A stretch of DNA of 63,931 bases, the filler included, from Perkinsus olseni (taxonomy: Eukaryota), in NCBI GenBank assembly GCA_013115125.1. It is 2 parts of 2 records of this genome, joined end to end, with 100 filler letters (N's around TTAATTAATTAA, not from the genome) between each part and the next. Parts side by side here need not be neighbours in the genome. Positions count along the whole stretch, not along the records: positions 32,024 to 63,931 come from JABANN010000408.1; 1 more part is not named here. One strand, written 5' to 3'. Positions within the stretch are counted from its first letter, which is position 1; every line of letters starts with the position of its first letter. Shown in pieces: positions 45,955-57,449 of this stretch. Made by a program: the position numbers and the translations under genes. The notes beneath the pieces are model-generated. The model worked only from the letters and a program-made list of their open reading frames with translations. It ran no database searches and had not been told where the DNA came from.

Positions 45955-47445
45955 TCACGTATAGGAGAGCAGGTGCCAGAACACGATTCCGCCTGAGATA
46001 TGCAGAAGTCCTCGCGCGGGTCCACCTCGACATCGAAGCCTTCTTCTTCTGTGTTCAAACTGATGTACTTGAGACAGCCATCCCGCGCAGGGAATCGCTC
46101 TCTCCAAGGGGCCTAAGACCAGAAGCGTGCAGCCTGCGCGGCTCTTCGCAAGCGCCCCAGGGTCATTGCGAAGGCCGACTTTCACCTTCTCGCTGTAAGA
46201 GACGGCTTCAGAAGCTTCGTCATCGTTATCTTCAGAACCGTCCGTGGTCGTTGACTCCGCCGTGTTGTCGCGAGGGCTCGTCTGTTCGATCGTAGCCAAG
46301 ATGGTATCCGAGGTTGGGACGAGGCTGAGATCACTCGCCTGTCCAGAAGTTTTGAGAGAGTCATCTCCGCCATCTGTATTCTCCAGGGCCTCGGTCAGAG
46401 TAGAACTCCCCCAGGTTTCGTTTGCAGCGGAGAAAGTAGTCTCCGACTCCATGTTCGCCACACCAGTGACTTCGCTTGTGGTATGATCATCATAGGAGCT
46501 CTCACCAGGTAGGTTAGTCGTAGTCTCATATCGAACCACACCAGTGACCTCGATGATGTTATGATGATCATCTACAATATCCCCTTTTGGGCTAGAGTGA
46601 GTTGTGTGCTCAACGCTAGCCGGCTCGGACGTAGCGTCGTGTGGTACGGCTGGAAGCCCTTCAGAGACCACCAGGTTGACAGTGTCTTCTTTCTGAACGC
46701 TCGAAGTGACTGGCTGAGACATCTCATCATGGACGTAGTAAATGCCGCCGGTAGTTGATGTTATGTACTCGCTAACGTCACTTGACTCAGGTGAACGCGG
46801 GCTCACACTTGAGGTCTCGGATACCCCCTGTCTCCAGGATGCCTCCGCCTCACTGTTGGCTTGCCCAGTCACGTAAGACTCTTCGCTCAAGGTGACTGTA
46901 CGGTCGTTAGAACTGGGAGAAGCGACAAGTGTATTGCTGTCGTTCACGCCGTCTGTAGTGTTTTCGTCGTGAGAGACGCCTTTTGACGTGATGTCGAGGT
47001 TGTCGGGTTCACTTTCAGTATCGACCTTAACCTCAGTTTCAACTTCTGCGTCGAAGCTTCTTCTCATTAGCAATGACTTGCGTTTGGTGTAGCTGCCAAC
47101 ATGCTCCTCACTCGTGGGAGACGGAGAGGGAGAGCTCATAAAACCAACCAACTTCCACATGACAATGGTAGGGGCGTCGCAAGGCAGCCGTTCACGTTGT
47201 GAGTGACAGGGCCTCGTACCAACTCCGCCGGCATGAGTCATACCCCGATCAACTTCAGCATTGACCAAGGCAAATCGAAGTCGTTCAACAAGACCAAAAA
47301 TGATACAATCATGGGCGCTCAGAAACCAACAGCAAAGATGGTTACCACGCAGCACATGCCCGAGTCCAATCGATGGTCTTTTCGCGGCCATACGCACGTC
47401 AGCGTCTCTGCAAAAGCATATGCATCGACACGTCAGTCCCATCAC
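45955..47445 (-). CDS. Hypothetical Ser/Thr/Glu-rich low-complexity protein; probably one exon of a larger gene
   Basis: 496-aa ORF with a long S/T/E/D-rich core and internal repeat EVTGV..ETT. Further protein-like pieces extend upstream to about 48427. Confidence 0.55.
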   Translation of the reverse strand: MMGLTCRCICFCRDADVRMAAKRPSIGLGHVLRGNHLCCWFLSAHDCIIFGLVERLRFALVNAEVDRGMTHAGGVGTRPCHSQRERLPCDAPTIVMWKLVGFMSSPSPSPTSEEHVGSYTKRKSLLMRRSFDAEVETEVKVDTESEPDNLDITSKGVSHDENTTDGVNDSNTLVASPSSNDRTVTLSEESYVTGQANSEAEASWRQGVSETSSVSPRSPESSDVSEYITSTTGGIYYVHDEMSQPVTSSVQKEDTVNLVVSEGLPAVPHDATSEPASVEHTTHSSPKGDIVDDHHNIIEVTGVVRYETTTNLPGESSYDDHTTSEVTGVANMESETTFSAANETWGSSTLTEALENTDGGDDSLKTSGQASDLSLVPTSDTILATIEQTSPRDNTAESTTTDGSEDNDDEASEAVSYSEKVKVGLRNDPGALAKSRAGCTLLVLGPLERAIPCAGWLSQVHQFEHRRRRLRCRGGPARGLLHISGGIVFWHLLSYT

Positions 47446-48576
47446 GCTCTAGTTCAGAGAACGGATTTGACCGGAGCTCCGGGAGAAGACAAGGTGAACC
47501 AGCACGTGGCGTCGCTCACTGTCACTGTCAGGCTCCCACCAGCACGAGGTCGCAGCATGAACGGTTGAGTTGTTCTTCTGCATCATCGCGCACGTAACTG
47601 CAACACAAGCAGTAATAAAACTGCATACCACCAGGGGAGGAGTGGACGCTTTTCCACAGCAGAAGGACGGGCTGGACGCGGGCTTTGCGAACACAGAGAA
47701 ACCAACCCACCCATAAATTTGAAAGATCTCCACTTTTCCCTTAGCCGCATCATGACCGTCTCGCAGATCTGATCACTCCACGCCTTCGTGCAAGTCTCGT
47801 CATATCTGCGGAAAACACATACCCCTCAGCTAGGGCACCTAGACTGTCAGGCTGAGAGAGAGTTAGCATCGGGACATCTCTTAAGAGTCCACAAAGCAGC
47901 CCAGAGTCCATTCAAGAGTCGTGACTTCGTGCTTTCATGGTCGTTTATGCTGCTTCCGTGCACCAGCGAAACTTCACTTTATCCGCATTTTCCCGCAACC
48001 ATTTCGATTTCTCTATCACAACATTCGATCCATGACCCATGGCAAGTTGAAAATGCCAACCAATGCCTACGTCCTATCGCGGATGGCGCTGTCTATGTCA
48101 TCGTAGACGCCCTTCAGCATTTCTTCGTCTTTCCATACCACCTGCGAAACCCAGAGAGAACACTTGGCAGGCTGTGAAGCCCCCCGCTAGCTCAAAAAAG
48201 GCTGTACGACGCAGATCAGGTTGCCCGCAGCGCTTACTTCCTCGACTGTTTGCTCTTCGTCCATCAAGAGGGTCTCTGCGGTAAAAAATGTGAAATTTAC
48301 ACGGAATGGTGATATGGGCGAGCGACTCGAGACATGCGCGCGTCGCTCCGCTGCAGAGCAATGCCGTTTTGACATTTGTCACTCGCTGATCGTTCATTGC
48401 CTCTTTCATCTTGCTTTGTAGTGGCAACGTACGGTGGAGACTGTTTGGTCTTTGGCCCGTGAAACTCGGTAAGAGATTTCGCCCGGTCGGCTCGGCTTAT
48501 CCTCCACTCGATCACATCTTCCTCACCGAATCGCGCCCGTGATCCTCGCGGTTGTTAGGCTTTTATTTTTCCCGAA

Positions 48577-49617
48577 ATGCTCGTCAAGCTGTTACATTTT
48601 TCCGCGGGTCTCATCGCATACGTGGCTGCTGATGGCTGCCGCAAGTCCATGTTCAGTGACCATTCCAATCACGAGGTCGTCATCTCGCCTCTGCCGCACA
48701 CGTACACTGAGGAGCATCATCTTCCCGCCTCCTTCGACTGGCGCCATCATAATGGTGTCAACTACGTCACTAAGGTTCTCAACCAGCACGCCCCGAAGTA
48801 CTGTGGCTCCTGCTGGCTTCATGCCGGCGTTGGTGTCATCAACGACAGGCTGAAAGTAGCCAGGAAGGCTCAGTTCCCTGAGGTCAACGTGGCCCGGCAG
48901 GTCGTCCTCAACTGTGGTCGCGATATCGCTGGGTCCTGTCATGGCGGTGAGGACTTCGGCGTCTACAAGTTCGCCTACCTCGAGGGTCTCCCCGATGACC
49001 AGTGTCAGTTTTACCGGGGCGAAGACGGCGAGTGCTCGGCCATCAACAACTGCATCAACTGCGACCCCCCTGCCGGTACCGGACCGTGCTACCCCGTTCA
49101 GCGTTATGGCCGCTATTTTGTTACGGAGTTTGCCAAGATCCCCAACCCTACTGCCCACAAGATCAAAGCTGAGGTCTATCGTCGTGGCCCGATCAGCTGT
49201 GCTGTCGATTCTAGCGTTGTTGAAAATGGCAAGTACCATCCTGGAGACATCGTCCGCGAGACCAGAAACGGTAACTGGAGCCTCGACCACGACATCGTTA
49301 TAGTGGGCTGGGGCCAGGACGAGGACGGAAAAGAATATTATATCGTGAAGAACTCCTGGGGGACCTTCTGGGGTGACCAAGGCTACTTCCTCGTCCAGTC
49401 GGGTGTCAATGCTATGGGTATCGAGCAGGACTGCTCTTGGGCTGTGATCGACCCGGAACCTAGAGTTGCCGACTACGGTCCGCCTGACTGGATGCGCATG
49501 TTCCCGAGCGCCTTCAAGCCTGTAGAACACATCGTTGTGGCTGATGCGGCGGAACACATCGCTGTGGCTGATGCGGCGGAACACATCGCTGTGGCTGACG
49601 CGGTAGTGGTGTCTTAG
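48577..49617 (+). CDS. Cathepsin Z/X-like papain-family cysteine protease
   Basis: Signal-like N-terminus, LPASFDWR, NQHAPKYCGSCW (cathepsin X-type insertion before the catalytic Cys), DHDIVIVGWG and KNSWGTFWG. Confidence 0.93.
   Translation: MLVKLLHFSAGLIAYVAADGCRKSMFSDHSNHEVVISPLPHTYTEEHHLPASFDWRHHNGVNYVTKVLNQHAPKYCGSCWLHAGVGVINDRLKVARKAQFPEVNVARQVVLNCGRDIAGSCHGGEDFGVYKFAYLEGLPDDQCQFYRGEDGECSAINNCINCDPPAGTGPCYPVQRYGRYFVTEFAKIPNPTAHKIKAEVYRRGPISCAVDSSVVENGKYHPGDIVRETRNGNWSLDHDIVIVGWGQDEDGKEYYIVKNSWGTFWGDQGYFLVQSGVNAMGIEQDCSWAVIDPEPRVADYGPPDWMRMFPSAFKPVEHIVVADAAEHIAVADAAEHIAVADAVVVS
49525..49605 (+). repeat. 27-bp coding tandem repeat, three copies (EHIxVADAx)
   Basis: GAACACATCGYTGTGGCTGAYGCGGYR three times at the C-terminus of the protease. 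Confidence 0.9.
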
Positions 49618-50893
49618 AGAGAGCGTCCGGAGACAATACATTCATGGACTCATTCTTACTCTGTAGTTTCAGTCTTCTTACCGACTGCCGCTTTGCTTTC
49701 AAGTGCCCGACGTGTTCGCACCGTGCCAGCCGCATGCGTTCTTTCGAATCAACACCCGTATCGCTAAGTTGGCGAGGACTCGTCATGCCCAGAATTACAG
49801 ACAGTATGTCTAGATAGACTCAATGGAAGCGGAGATAAATTCAAGTTGAATTGCTCACTTCAGTGTAAACCCTGCAGTCGCAACTCAACGCGTTCCACCC
49901 TTGCCAGAAATGGAGTCTGTGGCTTCAAATCGTCACAGTCGTGGAGACGCCTCGGACATACTCGAACAGTAGCCGTCTTCAAGAGTCGCTCACGAAGTCG
50001 TTCGATTAACTATTTCATTGGAAAAGACAAGAAAGTAAATGATAGCCTTGTGTACAATCTTGCGTAGTAACAGAGCCGCTCCCGCCCCAAGTTGTCGCAT
50101 CCACTCTGACAGGGCTGTTGAGACTACAGGCTGACGCGCCAGTTTTTATCGCTCTGCACTTCGTATAGCTTAATCAGAAATTAGCGTTGAGTTAGCGATG
50201 AGTGATGTTGCTTTGCTGTTGAAGGTTCCAGTTACGTGGCCGACGCAGGCCCTGGCTCCGCGGACTAATCTTTCATCACTGATAAAATAGGGAGTTTTGA
50301 AGTGTTTCAACTCCGCCGCCGGCTTATTCGGACTTGATGCCGATGTGCTAGCACCTCAACGATGAGCTCTGTGTGCTCCTGGCGAGGAGTCTTCCACAGT
50401 ACTACTGCCACCCGCAGTTGCTATTCCGTATCTGCGCCCACATCGACTCTGCCACAAAAACTGTGACAGTGAATAGAGAGTTGTGGTACTCAAAACTACT
50501 ATAATATCATATAGGCATATAAATACATATAGGTGAAGATATTAAACGTCGCAGAAATGCTAGTGTACATCCAAACTATATATTTAGATCTTATGATTCT
50601 ATTTATAATAAATACTCTATACCCTTGACCACAGGTCAGCCGGTGTCAGGGGAAATTCTCAAACGCTCCACCCAGAACCCTCTTCTACAGATTCTTACCA
50701 ACAACGTTTCAGAGCCTTGCCCACCTTTGAGAGCTCGTTATCCGATTGGCTTTTCATGACGCGACCGTTCGATGAAACGATAACTTCATAACTCAACAGT
50801 CAGTCGTTAGATATATGCAAGTCAGCTTCATGCGGATCAGGAGCAGCAGCGCAGCACGATCTAATTGCTGAATGATGACGGTGAGTGAAAACT

Positions 50894-53265
50894 TCATTTT
50901 ACAGCGCCACTTGAACTCCGCCGGTTCTGATCTGCCCAGCGTTGTCTCGTGCACACTCAGCTGCTCGGGTCTCCGCCAGAACGTTCCGCCAGAACCGATC
51001 CAGTTTCCGACTCTCGAGTGGGTTGCAGATGCCTGAGGCTACAGATTACCGATGAGTCGAGCCACGACACCTACCAAGATCACGCAGGCCGCCAGAGCTG
51101 CTCATCTGGGCCCCATCAATGCCGTTGGACACGATCGTATCAGCCAACTCCGACAGCTTCGGACCTGATAACATGTATCATCCAGAGCCAACCCGAAAGC
51201 GGCCAAGCGCGAGGATACTCGGGATTTGCGTGGATGGCAACGTTCTTATCCACTCAGCCAGTTGTTCAGGGTTCTTATCTCCCCCGATCGATGGTCTGCA
51301 AGTGGGAGAACTTTTCGTATCGATCATTGCTGGACGCTTCTTCGGCTCCTTGACGACGGAGCTCCTGCGTATATTCCTCGACGAGGGCGCCTTCGCCAGG
51401 GAATTGCGGGCCTGAAATGAGTGGACGGCTGATGGCAAGTTGCCCGACCGATTTGTCCACAGAGAGGAGGTCTTGCCGAGAAAGACATCAGACTGGCCAC
51501 CTTCTCACCGTCCTTTCGCGGCTTCGCCCCGGTTCACGACGAACTACACAAGTTGGGATCCCTGTCCCAGCTAGTGCTGCCCGGAGGATTTCTAGACCCA
51601 CCAAGGCCTCCTTCGGACCTGCCAAAACCATTAGGCTGAGCTGCTTCCGAATGGATTCCGACAACTACTTTCACGCGGGGCTTTTTTCGGAGCCGCTCGT
51701 TTCCTACGCCGGCGTGGACCAACAGATTGAGGAGGAGAACCGGCATCATCGTTTTCGCTAGAAACCGAACATCGCGTTCCTTTGATCCGCTCAGCATCAG
51801 GAATCACTGCGACACTATCCGGGGTAGCGGACGAGCTCGACGCAACGCCATAGTTTGCACCTACACTGGAGGCTGGAGCTTTCCTTCGTGGTCACGGTGG
51901 CCCTCACTAGTGTTCCCATCAGAGCTGCTGCCAGAGTCTCTCTTCGTCCCTGATGTCTCAACCGCTCCCCATAGGTGGTTCCACATCCACTCTGGCAGGA
52001 GATCTTCAATCTCCCGGTAGGCGGTTCTTCGATCGAGATTCGCTCTACCTGAGCAGAGGTCGGCTGATACAATGATCGACGGTGCGCACCAAGCAGTATC
52101 ATAGCGAGCAGTAGATCTGTACTGGCTAGTCTGTCGATGACCGCTTGCATCCAGAGCATGGCTGTGAGATTGTGCTGAGGACCGCCTCCCGTCGACGAAG
52201 CTGTCGGTACAAAATCCGGGGCTTCCAGCCGTCCCTCACAACCGGTGAATTGCTCTACACTGAACAGCGGGCGAGCCCGATGAGCACGAAGCATCGAGAT
52301 AGTTGGGACGCTCACGAATGGCCGCTGCCTGGCCCGGTGTTCGTGGAGTCCCGGCGACTTCTCGGCAGTGGAGGTGCTCGAGAAGGCGGAGGGGGCACCG
52401 GCGCTTCTTGCCGCCTTGGTGCCTGCTGCGCCACCGTTTTACACGCTTCAGCCTGAATAGTGAGCTCTGAGAGAGACGCTCTTTATCGCGTTCACAAGCG
52501 AGTGGAAGCACTTCTCGAATCAAACGACTAAATTCCATCTTCAAATTCTTTTGACCATCCATATCTTACGAGAGGGGCAGGGGCGTAAAGGGTAACAATC
52601 TCGGCTGCGCTGTCCGATGCTGCATCGGTCCCGCCCACAACAAGTACTGGTGGCGCGGTGCTCGTCATAGAAGGCAAAGAGGGACATGGCTCGAGACTCG
52701 TCTCGGATGCAGCAGCCGGAGAGTCCCACATCGGCGGCGATGGCGAATGCTCTCGAAGTGAGCAAGAATCCCTGGAAGGTTCCCTGATACCACACCTCCG
52801 TGGACCACTCATGCCGTATCTCGCAGCCGGAGCGGGGCTCCGCCGGTCTCCTATGGTCACCTGGTGAGCGGGAACTCTTTGAACCAAGCCTTCCTGACTT
52901 TGTTTGCTGGTATCATCGTGAGCCCATCGATTTGGGCGTCCGAGATGAAGTCCTGCGGTAGGCGGAGCACTTCCGCAAGATGATCTCCGTCAAGCTGAAA
53001 GGTAATACAAGTATTAGTGGATCTGGAGGATGCTGAAATGACAGAAGAAAACGTATGACAGCTGTGGGGTTCGCACCCACGCCCTTTCGGACTGGCGCCT
53101 TAAGCCAGCGCCTTAGACCACTCGGCCAAACTGTCGGTAAATAACTCGATATACTACCCGCCTGCGTGCCACATACTCGCCAATCTTCTTGGCCATATCA
53201 CTCCCGACAGCCGGAGCGAGGCTTTTACACCAACATACGACCTGTGATACATCGAGCTCCGCCAT
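50894..53265 (-). CDS. Multi-exon protein with N- and C-terminal SAM-like domains
   Basis: Exon 1 (53265-53158) MAELDVSQVVCWCKSL..YVARRR joins exon 2 (from 52994) LDGDHLAEVL..GLTMIPANKVRKAW in frame. C-terminal exons give PEQLAEWIRTLP..NGIDGAQM..GICNPLESRKLDRFW. Middle exons unresolved. Confidence 0.6.
53056..53135 (-). tRNA. tRNA-Leu(AAG), intronic
   Basis: Acceptor GACAGTT/AGCTGTC plus discriminator A, anticodon arm CTGGC-TTAAGGC-GCCAG, long variable arm and a T4 run downstream. T-loop reads TGCGAAC. Confidence 0.93.
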
Positions 53266-53511
53266 ACATCAATGTGAACTAAATAACTACTCAAATTGAC
53301 CCATCGGCAGCCGCCGAATTTCCCGCGGGTTCGAAGGATGCTGATTAGAATCTGTCAAGCCAGTACTGCAGCTCAAGCACCCGACGAGCACCGCCCCTCT
53401 AACCTATCCAAGGATTGAATGTATTGACGCTACACCAGCAATGGTCAGGAAATATGTCACAGTACACTCTCCACGCATACAATAGCAAAGTAAGTAGTAT
53501 AAGCTAGTGGA

Positions 53512-55317
53512 CTATGTATTATTGCTGGAATTCTTCTTCTTAAACGGATTCTTCTTCCAGCTGTGCTTCTTCTTTCTACAACTGTTGCTCTGCTTATGGT
53601 TCATGGTGTCAAAAGCAAAATCATGAGTCGGGCTTCTATCGACCTCTGCACCGACAACACCACCGGACTGTCTTCTATGCTCAGGAGAAACTTCACCGTC
53701 CACACTGTCTCCCTCGCCCACCATCTCCGAACGAACGGTGTGATAAGTGCCACCCGGACTCCTCCCAGATCTGCTGCGAGAGAGCTTGCCGAGAAGCTTC
53801 TTCGCCTTTCGAGTCGATATTCGTTTCCTGAATGACCACCGACCAGAGCTCTTCTTCGGCGCACTGCTGTCGAAAATATTCCGATCGAAATCATCGTCAG
53901 GGTCGAGCTTGAACTGATGCTCCGGCAAAGTGGAGGCAACGATAGCCCATCCGGTGTAAGTCTGGCTTGTCATGCTTTGAGAGCGCCTTCGAGAGCGATA
54001 GTTGCTGCTGCTGCCGCCCTTGGGCGACACAGTAGTCTCTGGCGACCCACTCAGAGGCACTTCAAATCCCCGAGCTCGTGAAAGAACGAGACGGGCTCCT
54101 CCATCGACTTGAGCGGCGTTCTCGAGCATACCTAGCAGCCTGCTAGATACCCATCCATACGACTCTTCACTGCGCCGCAGAACTTCGCCCACTCCCAACT
54201 CGCTTATCACTATCCCAGGAAGGCACTTCAGCTTGATCATCAACAGGTCATTAGCGTCACAAGTCTCCACATGCCCCAGGTCATCGTTGACAAAGGCGGC
54301 GTCCATCAGAACCAGACCGATGCGGTGGATGGCCTTCCAACCTTTACTCAAGAAAATGTCGAATATTCTCTCACTCGCGTCTTCCTCGTCGCGCAGATCC
54401 GACGCGAACAGGGTAAGGAACCACGAAGAGGCGTAGAAGGAAGAAGGCACACCAAGGCCGTCGAAGGCAGCACTGAGCAGGGCATGCACCCTCGGGAGGG
54501 CAGCTTCAAGCAGGCGGTCGAACGTCCAGAGCGTGAGCCGGAACCTGTCGCTCAGCTCAAACATCCGTACCATCTGATACCGAACCAACAAGGACACAGC
54601 ACTACGGAAGGTCATGACCTCAGCTTCGTCCACTGGGCAGTGGGGACACTCGACCGACTCCCCCCACTTGTGGGCGGCCTCTTCCACATACAGCTGGTCC
54701 TCGTCCGACTTATCCTCGCTATCATCGCTGCGCTTACGTACCATACCAACTTTCCGGTAACTCACCTTCAAGAGTATGTTCACAACATAGTTCATTCCCT
54801 GACAATAGCCAACCGTCTTCAGCCTCTCTGACGTCGCCATGAGCACCCTCCACAGTCTATGATGGAAGCAGCCCACGCAGCTCGCCCACGGCTCAGTCCG
54901 GACCACATCCCGCCACACCTGGCTGGCTACACTATCGTTCTCAGCGGAAGCACGCCAGCAATTGTCATAATAGGCGAGGGGGTCCTCCTCGATATCCCTG
55001 GTCATGATATCCTCGTCCAGGAGAAGAGCGTGCCAAATACGCGGACGCAGCTGGACTGTCATCGGCCATCGGGCTCTCTCGGCGGCGGTGTCACGGAAGG
55101 TGATGAGTCGGGTCGCCCAGGCCTTGCACACTGTTGTCAAACACTGCCACGATGATGGTTGGGGTAGATAGGTAACGATGATGGAGGCCACAGGACCCTG
55201 AAGGAACCATCTCTGACTGCCGCAGACGGAAGCAACGGAGGTTGGACTGCACGACGGTGACAAGAACGGTAACGATGTGTCATGACTGTTGGGATATTGG
55301 CATTCTTCGACCGGCAT
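53512..55317 (-). CDS. TBC-domain Rab GTPase-activating protein with F-box-like N-terminal motif
   Basis: LRPRIW, VWRDVVRT (Arg finger), GYCQGMN (Gln finger), YASSWFLTLF and RIFDIFL..GWK. Confidence 0.9.
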   Translation of the reverse strand: MPVEECQYPNSHDTSLPFLSPSCSPTSVASVCGSQRWFLQGPVASIIVTYLPQPSSWQCLTTVCKAWATRLITFRDTAAERARWPMTVQLRPRIWHALLLDEDIMTRDIEEDPLAYYDNCWRASAENDSVASQVWRDVVRTEPWASCVGCFHHRLWRVLMATSERLKTVGYCQGMNYVVNILLKVSYRKVGMVRKRSDDSEDKSDEDQLYVEEAAHKWGESVECPHCPVDEAEVMTFRSAVSLLVRYQMVRMFELSDRFRLTLWTFDRLLEAALPRVHALLSAAFDGLGVPSSFYASSWFLTLFASDLRDEEDASERIFDIFLSKGWKAIHRIGLVLMDAAFVNDDLGHVETCDANDLLMIKLKCLPGIVISELGVGEVLRRSEESYGWVSSRLLGMLENAAQVDGGARLVLSRARGFEVPLSGSPETTVSPKGGSSSNYRSRRRSQSMTSQTYTGWAIVASTLPEHQFKLDPDDDFDRNIFDSSAPKKSSGRWSFRKRISTRKAKKLLGKLSRSRSGRSPGGTYHTVRSEMVGEGDSVDGEVSPEHRRQSGGVVGAEVDRSPTHDFAFDTMNHKQSNSCRKKKHSWKKNPFKKKNSSNNT

Positions 55318-55562
55318 AAAAGAAATGACAAAGCTGCGGTCAAGTAGGGGTCAGCCCATCATCAAAGACCCATAAGGCTTGTCTACCGACAGGTCTGCTA
55401 CCCTACCAAGCAGCCTCTTCGGTCGGTGGTTCGCCCCTCTCTCCTCCGGTCACGTGAAGCAACGCAAGCCAACACTAGCGGATATCGAGAACAGAAAGTA
55501 TACCAGAGCTTAAAATGCGGCATAGAACTTGGACATGACAAAAATCTTCCTTCACCCCTTGG

Positions 55563-57086
55563 TTAAAGCAGAGGCGAAGTGGCTACTGCCCAAAACAGCA
55601 GCGATGCCAGGCCCGACCCCCGAGGAGCCCACGATCGTCCGGGCGTCTCGGGGGTCTCTGACGGGACGCAGTTGTCACCACCAACGGACCTCTTTGGCTT
55701 CGGTGGAACGGTCGGCAGAACAGCGGCAGCTCTGACAGCCTTGAGTGCATTAAGTCTGCCGTACTTCACAACCGGGACGAAGAACGCATTCTCCAAAACC
55801 TCTGTCGAGTTCTTAATAACAGCCCTAGCGTCTCTGGCTGACAGACCCATCTGCATCAGCATTGCCGCCACGCCCGAGACATGCGGTGTAGCCATCGAGG
55901 TGCCGGTCATAAAACGATACGAACGACCGGGGTAGGTCGAGAGAATCTGCACCCCCGGCGCTGCTACGTCCAGATACGGAGCGTAGTTGCTGTGGCGAGC
56001 AAGGACGTAGGGCAGGTCCTTGTCGCTCGACCCAACACACAGGATGTTGTCCAGCTCCTCGGTGAAAGCACAGGGGTAGGCCCTCTGGACGGAGATGTCC
56101 TTCCCCTCGTTACCAGCGGCACACACGAAGAGCATACCCAACTCGGCCGTGAGGCTGATAGACCTCCTCATGAGCTCACTGCGGATGGTGCCTGCATAGG
56201 AGTTGCTGAGGATATCAACCTTCTGTTGCACGGCGAAGTCGATGCCCGCCATCACTTCCATCACAGACCCCTTCCCACCAGGGTCCAGGACCCTTATCGG
56301 CATAATCTTAGCGCGAGAGATACCGGCTATGCCGACGCTGTTGTTGGTAGTGGCTCCAAGTACGCCGCCACAATGAGTGCCATGCCCCATCACATCACCC
56401 ACATTCTCGCTGTCCTCACCCACACCAAAGCCGTTACGACAAGAAGAATCGGAGAAAATCTGATGGCGTAAATCTGGATGACCAATCTCGACGCCAGAGT
56501 CAACCACAGCCACCACCACTTCACGGTCACGCCTGGCGGCCATGATGGCCTCCCAGGCAGCCCAGGCCTCGGGCAGGTTGATGAGATCAAGATTCCACTG
56601 CTCGTCCGCCCGAGCGTCATTCACAGCCGCCGCCGTCTTCGAGTAATCAATGCCGTGGATCGTGTCACCGTCCCTCGCCACCTCCACCACCTGCAGGGAT
56701 ACTTCTGAGTTGCGCTCCAGGATAACTTCGAGACCTAGTGCCGGGGCCGCCTCCTCGACGTAGGCCTTCAACTGCTCGTGGCTGAGCTGGCACTCGTCAG
56801 TATCGGTATGCACCGCCTGCACGCCCAGATGCCGCAAAGTGTCCACAGCCCGAGGAGCATTGAGACACTTCTCGATAGAGGGAGTGCTCCGTTGCAACCG
56901 ACGAGCTTTGGGATTAGAAGACGTCTTGAGCAGAGCTGGAAGGGATCTTATGTCGACCATGGCAGTACTCGAGGAGGTGGCTGAGAGGCCGCCGTCCGAG
57001 ACAGAGGAAGTGATGGACAGCATAGTGTCTGGAGTGCCGTGGCAGCAAATGGGGAAGACGACCAGTAGGCGATAAGGAGGTCTCAT
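55563..57086 (-). CDS. Subtilisin-like serine protease (S8), probably secreted or membrane-anchored
   Basis: Catalytic motifs VAVVDSG, GHGTHCGG, AAGN and GTSMATPHV. Likely ATG at 57086 gives a signal-like N-terminus; C-terminus is hydrophobic. Confidence 0.94.
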   Translation of the reverse strand: MRPPYRLLVVFPICCHGTPDTMLSITSSVSDGGLSATSSSTAMVDIRSLPALLKTSSNPKARRLQRSTPSIEKCLNAPRAVDTLRHLGVQAVHTDTDECQLSHEQLKAYVEEAAPALGLEVILERNSEVSLQVVEVARDGDTIHGIDYSKTAAAVNDARADEQWNLDLINLPEAWAAWEAIMAARRDREVVVAVVDSGVEIGHPDLRHQIFSDSSCRNGFGVGEDSENVGDVMGHGTHCGGVLGATTNNSVGIAGISRAKIMPIRVLDPGGKGSVMEVMAGIDFAVQQKVDILSNSYAGTIRSELMRRSISLTAELGMLFVCAAGNEGKDISVQRAYPCAFTEELDNILCVGSSDKDLPYVLARHSNYAPYLDVAAPGVQILSTYPGRSYRFMTGTSMATPHVSGVAAMLMQMGLSARDARAVIKNSTEVLENAFFVPVVKYGRLNALKAVRAAAVLPTVPPKPKRSVGGDNCVPSETPETPGRSWAPRGSGLASLLFWAVATSPLL

Positions 57087-57449
57087 TGAGCTAAGCCAAG
57101 CTAACAGAATTCTGAGTGGCCTCTTGCTGCTGCCGCGATACGTCACCCTTACCGACGTGACGGGAGCGGGCACATGTCGCGTGCCACAAAACTCCCTTAC
57201 GCGTCGCCATCCCGCAATGGGAGGCGGCCACCTCCCCAGCAAACTGCTCGCCTGAGTATGTCATAAGAGAATCTCATTTTCCGCCATTTACCCGCTTCGA
57301 GCTCCCCTAGTGACCCGATACCGTGCCGATGAGACCCCCTCCATTGAAGGAATGACTATAACCCAGCTCCTGCTGCTGATGATGACGATCAACTATGGCA
57401 AGCTCAATAGTGCATGGGAGAGAACGGTCATGGTGCAGTGGATAGTGTT

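Noticed and set aside
48592-49641. 349-aa antisense ORF over cathepsin Z
   Set aside because: Mirror-frame shadow of a codon-biased sense gene, with no recognisable motifs.
50872-50930. C/D-box-like pair ATGATGA...CTGA (similar pairs near 8912 and 42722)
   Set aside because: Too short or antisense to coding sequence, with no convincing rRNA-complementary guide or terminal stem.
57087-57242. N-terminal extension of the subtilisin ORF
   Set aside because: Non-ATG start. The ATG at 57086 precedes a signal-like segment.
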